A stretch of DNA of 64,000 nt from contig NMRA01000136.1 in NCBI GenBank assembly GCA_002633005.1, positions 234,538-298,537 of the forward strand, given 5' to 3'. This DNA is from Phoronis australis. Lineage: Eukaryota > Animalia > Phoronida. Within the stretch, counting starts at the first letter, position 1. Every line of letters starts with the position of its first letter. A model generated the notes under the pieces. It had not been told where the DNA came from, ran no database searches, and was given only the letters and a program-made list of their open reading frames with translations. Of this stretch, positions 59,901 to 64,000 are shown piece by piece. Position numbers and translations under genes: made by a program.

Positions 59901-62900
59901 GCGCTGCAATATCCACTTTTGATAAAAAAGATATGAAACACGCTGAGACACAAGAAAAAGTCGTTCTTCCTGACAAAGAAGATGTTCAGGCTGAAAAGCA
60001 ACACCAGAAACTGGAGCAGGACATCACTGGGTTCAACAAAGGGGCGTTGAAACCTGCAAAAACGCAGGAAAAAAACAGTAAGTTTGTGCTGAAATCCAAT
60101 CAATAGTAGTTTCAAACATTTCTGTTGTCATGGTTTCACATGTTCAGTGTGACCGCATGCAAATGGGGAAATTTATACTGCCTTATGATTTGCGTGAAGT
60201 TTTACTGTAGTTCAGATAACAAGCATCATTTGTGTGCAGTCAGCTTTATTTTAATTGGATGTCATCTATTATTAGAATCTGTGCATGTGAAAACCTATTG
60301 AGGTTAAATTGTTGCTATTTATCTGAAGATTAGATTTATTATTAGGTTGGATTTAGTTTTGTGTCTGTTATGGTAGGTGCGAGTGAAAGTGTGGAATTCG
60401 GTGAACCACAAACACTGCTGGATGGAACACCAAAGAACGCCTCCTTCGTCACAAATTATATATTTTTGTTTTCAGTTTTCAATGTGATTTTCAATTTTTC
60501 GGGATGGGTGGTTAAAAAAACTATCTCTCATTAACATTTTGAATATGCAGCTAATTAGCTTACAAACCGTAATATGTCTTCTTGTATTCTTGGTTCAGTT
60601 TATGTAAATGAGGGTAAAAAATCATATTTGTGTTTTACTAATCACACTTTTGAAGCTGATGGGAGTCGCAAGGTTATGTGCATTAAAATGTTCATGTTCT
60701 TATTGTTATGAGAGATAGCTGCATTTATTAAATTTTTCGCAACATATTCTTCAAAGTTGTATTGATTAACCAGTATATTTTGTTATTGTGGTTGTCAGGT
60801 TTTCATTTCCAGCAGTACACAGGGCTGGATCTAAGATGTCATGAGGGACGTCTGGTGTGATTTGTGAAGGAAAACAGTGTTTGCGCCACCCTCAAAATTG
60901 GCATGCGACCATTTCTTTTCTTTTTTGGTCATGTTCAGAACGGGACCCCTGTTCCCCTCCCCCTAAATATGCCCGCAGCAGTTTGAGATCAACACAAAGG
61001 ATTGAAGTATACAGAGTTTATATAGTGCATTATGTCTTCAGGTTTTATGATTTTTAACTAAATGTATCCTAAAACCACCAGTCATTGACCTCTTCTATGG
61101 TTTCTGGAAGTTTATGGTAAAATCTCACCTATTTATGACACAGTATGGCATGCACTCAAGTGAAATTTCATTTTTCATTCTTTCCTTGAAGGGCGTTTGG
61201 CACCAAATCAGTGCTTTTCAGTGTTCAAACTCTGCACTACTGTTATCATGAGACAATATTTTGAAAAATTGTTAGACATTCACAATCACATTTGAAGCAA
61301 ACAATGTACATCCTATGAGTTTAAAAGCTAAATGACTGCAATGTCTACTTAAATTTGCAAAAGATGTACCGGTATTTTCTCATTTATTCCGTAGATTTTT
61401 TGTGATTGAATGCGCTCGTCTCGCGCAGACGTTTTTGGCCAGACACGCTCGGTAACTTCTGCTCTTCAATATTTTGCTACTCACATTTTTGTAGACTACC
61501 TTAAAGAGGTCAATGCAAACGTCCAGTAAAAAAGTTCAGATTTATGCATTGTCTGTAACACTTGCTGGTTTGTTACTAATTGGTGAATGGTTTCTGCAGT
61601 TGTGGAGGATGAGAAAGTGCACAAACGGCTCGATGCCGAAATAGAAGGCTTTAACAAATCCGACCTTCACCACACTAAAACTGTACAGCATGACCGTAAG
61701 TTATCTCCCCCTACCCGTGTAGCACTAGGATAGTCATGTTGTTAGCACTCGTGTGGTATCGCACGCTGGACTATAGTTAAGTTGCATTGTGTGTTTGCCT
61801 GTTGTATGAATGGCTGAAGTGACCCACTGGGTGCGCTGAACGGGCAAAACCGTACTCCCATAATGCAATGCTCATTCCCTTACAGTCACTAGCAAATAAC
61901 AATGAATGCGAATGAAAATCAAACTGTTTTGGAAATTAAGTAGAAATAAAATTTTCCATAGTTGATTCTCATTTGAAAGTAACGCCCCAGAATTCGACAT
62001 GTCCGGTCATGTTTTAGTGGAGTAGTTTTTGCAACAGTGGGTCATTATGTACGTGTTGCACAGCTGTCGTAGACAAGAACACCGATAGTCTCGCACCATC
62101 GAAGCTGTAGACCGGAACGACATTTCTGCGTGAAATCCTGAGTGGTTTGAGCCTCCACAGTTGCGGTAAACACAATATGATGAAATGGTGAAATTTTATT
62201 TTGTAAAATTTTTCAACAAGAGAGAACTGGAAGAAAACATCTTAGTAATTTGCACAGCTAATGTTTTGCAGTGGTCGTCAACAAACACCTGATCATTTTT
62301 GACAGTAAAATGAGTTTTTGAGAAATGAAAAATGACAATTTTGTCTATTAGCATTCTTTATGTTTGAGGAAACGTCATCATACTCATATTTTCCACTCTG
62401 TGGATACTTAGGTACTCTTGTCTGCCCAGTCTAATATAGTCACTGTGGTTGCATACTAGTTTCCTGTGCACGTCTTGTGTGTGTGTGTGTTGTGTTTGTA
62501 GTAATGGCTTCCCCTTTATTGTTTTATTTAATTCTTGTTCAGCTGTTGAAGAGATGAGACTTCATCATCAACTTGAAGCCGAAATTGAACGGTTTTATGT
62601 TGAAATGCTGCGTCGAGCACAAACCACTGCAAGACTAATAAGAGACAGTAAGATTTGTGTGCTCACAAGATGTCTCTAACACTGCATGACTCAAGATCTC
62701 GTTTTTGTCATTTTTATTCATTCTGTATAACCAAACATAAGACTTATCTCTTTTCTGTAATTTGTTCTCTCATCCTGAAGTCTCTGAATTATTATATAGC
62801 ATTCTCAAGACTAGTAACCCCTGTTGGCTGAAGTTGCCATCAGGGGAAATAATTCACGTCTGCTGTTCATGCATGTCTTGTCACTTCTCTGTTGTTCTGG

Positions 62901-63026
62901 GTAATGACCACCTCAGTGACCTCATTCTAGCTTTGGAAGAAGAACGTCTGCACAAGAAAACAGAGGTTCTGGTTGAAATGTTCGATAAGTCTGAACTTCA
63001 CCACGTTAAACCTCAACAGCATGACA
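44861..63026 (+). CDS. Multi-repeat beta-thymosin / WH2 actin-binding protein (thypedin/ciboulot class), 3'-incomplete, >=15 repeats on 14 exons
   Basis: Exons 44861-44972, 49368-49481, 51116-51211, 52386-52499, 54001-54114, 55711-55806, 56290-56385, 56802-56918, 57437-57532, 58660-58743, 59868-60077, 61600-61695, 62543-62647, 62931-63026 splice in frame (1546 nt, ~515 aa). Each carries an E-K-H...I/V-E-x-F-D-K-S-x-L-K-H-T thymosin-type motif. No stop codon is reached in the window. Confidence 0.93.
49368..49481 (+). CDS. Thymosin repeat exon 2, long type (VLEQEKHHHDFNSNVSQFNKAHLRKAETKEKNSLPNRK)
   Basis: Strong polypyrimidine acceptor with CTAAC branch point; 114 nt, phase 1-1. Confidence 0.9.
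51116..51211 (+). CDS. Thymosin repeat exon 3, short type (ITEEKKHVELVSGIEGFEKSQLKKTVPGERD)
   Basis: 96 nt, phase 1-1, LKKT motif. Confidence 0.9.
51684..51741. repeat. 17-bp tandem repeat TGGCCAGTTGGTTCTAA x~3
   Basis: Read directly from the sequence. Confidence 0.8.
52386..52499 (+). CDS. Thymosin repeat exon 4, long (VEEEKKHKKLETEVEKFDKSALKHTEVQEKNPLPDKS)
   Basis: 114 nt, phase 1-1. Confidence 0.93.
53715..53925. repeat. 17-bp minisatellite ATGTTGTTACATGTAGG, decaying 3'
   Basis: About 5 good copies followed by degenerate copies. Confidence 0.85.
54001..54114 (+). CDS. Thymosin repeat exon 5, long (VDAEKKQKEFENAIGTFDHSKLKHTEVQEKNPLPDAE)
   Basis: 114 nt, phase 1-1. Confidence 0.93.
55711..55806 (+). 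CDS. Thymosin repeat exon 6, short (VNQEKQQKALESGIENFDRSSLKHTVVFEKN)
   Basis: 96 nt, phase 1-1. Confidence 0.92.
56290..56385 (+). CDS. Thymosin repeat exon 7, short (VEEEKKHKQLDSEVQTFDKSKLKHTVTAEMD)
   Basis: 96 nt, phase 1-1. Confidence 0.92.
56802..56918 (+). CDS. Thymosin repeat exon 8, long (VDVEKKRSSLAKEVTAFDSSKQMKHVSTEEKNPLPDKE)
   Basis: 117 nt, phase 1-1. Confidence 0.9.
57437..57532 (+). CDS. Thymosin repeat exon 9, short (IKQEKQHVALSSEIEGFSKDKMKHATPVTVD)
   Basis: 96 nt, phase 1-1. Confidence 0.9.
58660..58743 (+). CDS. Thymosin repeat exon 10, shortest (AAEAKVLSGIAHFDKSSMKHTKTLERD)
   Basis: 84 nt, phase 1-1. Confidence 0.87.
59868..60077 (+). CDS. Thymosin exon 11, two fused repeats (long+short)
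   Basis: 210 nt = 114 + 96; VQDEKTKKALGAAISTFDKKDMKHAETQEKVVLPDKED + VQAEKQHQKLEQDITGFNKGALKPAKTQEKN. Confidence 0.92.
61600..61695 (+). CDS. Thymosin repeat exon 12, short (VEDEKVHKRLDAEIEGFNKSDLHHTKTVQHD)
   Basis: 96 nt, phase 1-1. Confidence 0.9.
62543..62647 (+). CDS. Thymosin repeat exon 13, divergent (VEEMRLHHQLEAEIERFYVEMLRRAQTTARLIRD)
   Basis: 105 nt, phase 1-1; LRRA variant of the LKKT motif. Confidence 0.8.
62931..63026 (+). CDS. Thymosin repeat exon 14, short (LEEERLHKKTEVLVEMFDKSELHHVKPQQHD)
   Basis: 96 nt, phase 1-1; donor GTGAGT, so the gene continues beyond the window. Confidence 0.88.
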
Positions 63027-63510
63027 GTGAGTAATCACTCGAGCTACGCCCTCAAAACTTGCTTAGTATTTTTGCTGCAGGTTACTTGTATCAAGTAGGT
63101 CAAAAATAAATGTGAACCGAAGCTATCTCCGTAACTCAGTAGAAATGAAAAATAAATATAATAAGATCTAACAAAATTAAATGTCATTCGCATAATCAAT
63201 GAGTAGTCTGTTTGCTGCTGGACATAAAATGTGCATTTGAAATTAACTTTGTTTGGCAAGACAAAAAAGATAAAATATGAGTGAAATTAAGCTAAAATTA
63301 AAACTTGTGAAATTTCCCATCTTGATCAAAGTAGGAACCATGGAAATAAGAAGAGATAACTTGCCTTATTTTATAACTGCAATTTTGTGAGGTTTGCATC
63401 ATTAAATTGAAACATTCGCATCATGCAATTGTGCGAAACGGAATGTCTCAAGGTGATTGTCATAGTTTCCCTAAAGCAGCTCTCGGTATAAATTAACGTA
63501 AAATTAGTAT

Positions 63511-63700
63511 TACCGTAATCATTCGGGTTAACACCCATGCTCAGTTAACCGCCCACCCCCTACTTTAGGTGAATTTCGATTTAACCGCCCACTGCTCGGT
63601 TAACCGCCCCCCCTGCTATTTTTGAAGATTTCCAATTAACCGCCCACTGCTCGGTTAACCGCCCATCCCCTACTTTTGACGATTGGTGATTACCGCCCTG
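63511..63700 (+). mobile_element. Probable end of a Tc1/mariner-pogo-type non-autonomous element with subterminal TTAACCGCCC repeats
   Basis: Begins TA-CCGTA, followed by ~6 copies of TTAACCGCCC(A/C). The other end is not visible in the window. Confidence 0.45.
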
Positions 63701-64000
63701 TGCTAATAGAAAACGCGAATCCCCGACCTTTTAGATTAAGATCGATAACATTGAGTGCAACGACGGCCTCAGAGACCGCGGTTTAGCAATGTGAATTATG
63801 ATACCAGTAACAAATTATTGTAACGGGTCATCGATTAACTTCAAAATGTAATACTTGAACACTTTGTCACTTTCTTTTCTTCTCATGTTCGCAAACTTTA
63901 GGAACCGCGCTGGCGTCTACACCTCCACTTTCAGCCACAATCTCTGCCGCACTGAGTTATCGACTACAGTGCACTATATAAAAGATGCATTCGAAATAAC

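Noticed and set aside
63540-63700. Spaced TTAACCGCCC repeats resembling a CRISPR array
   Set aside because: Eukaryotic context, short irregular repeats with related spacers and no cas genes; better explained as transposon subterminal repeats.

Overview
Eukaryotic (metazoan, probably a marine invertebrate; species not determinable from sequence alone) genomic window holding two divergently oriented multi-exon genes. (1) Minus strand 27667->7555: a complete O-GlcNAc transferase (OGT) gene that I reconstruct as 17 GT-AG coding exons, 3090 nt / 1029 aa. Its exon 8, one TPR repeat, is present as two diverged 101-nt copies that can only be used mutually exclusively. Its introns host at least two C/D-box snoRNAs (SNORD45-like, predicted guide for the 18S Um172-equivalent), and intron 4 has several strong decoy-like 3' splice sites. 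(2) Plus strand from ~44.4 kb past the window end: a multi-repeat beta-thymosin/WH2 gene (thypedin/ciboulot class) with at least 15 repeats on 14 exons; all internal exons are symmetric phase-1 cassettes of a 'long' or 'short' repeat type. The rest consists of non-autonomous DNA transposons (a 665-bp foldback with 8-bp TSD, two Harbinger-type MITEs, CACTA-ended elements), decayed retroelement fragments and minisatellites. Four tandem duplications centred on single N bases are most likely haplotype/contig-overlap assembly artefacts. Almost all ORFs in the supplied track are spurious or exon fragments with intronic read-through.
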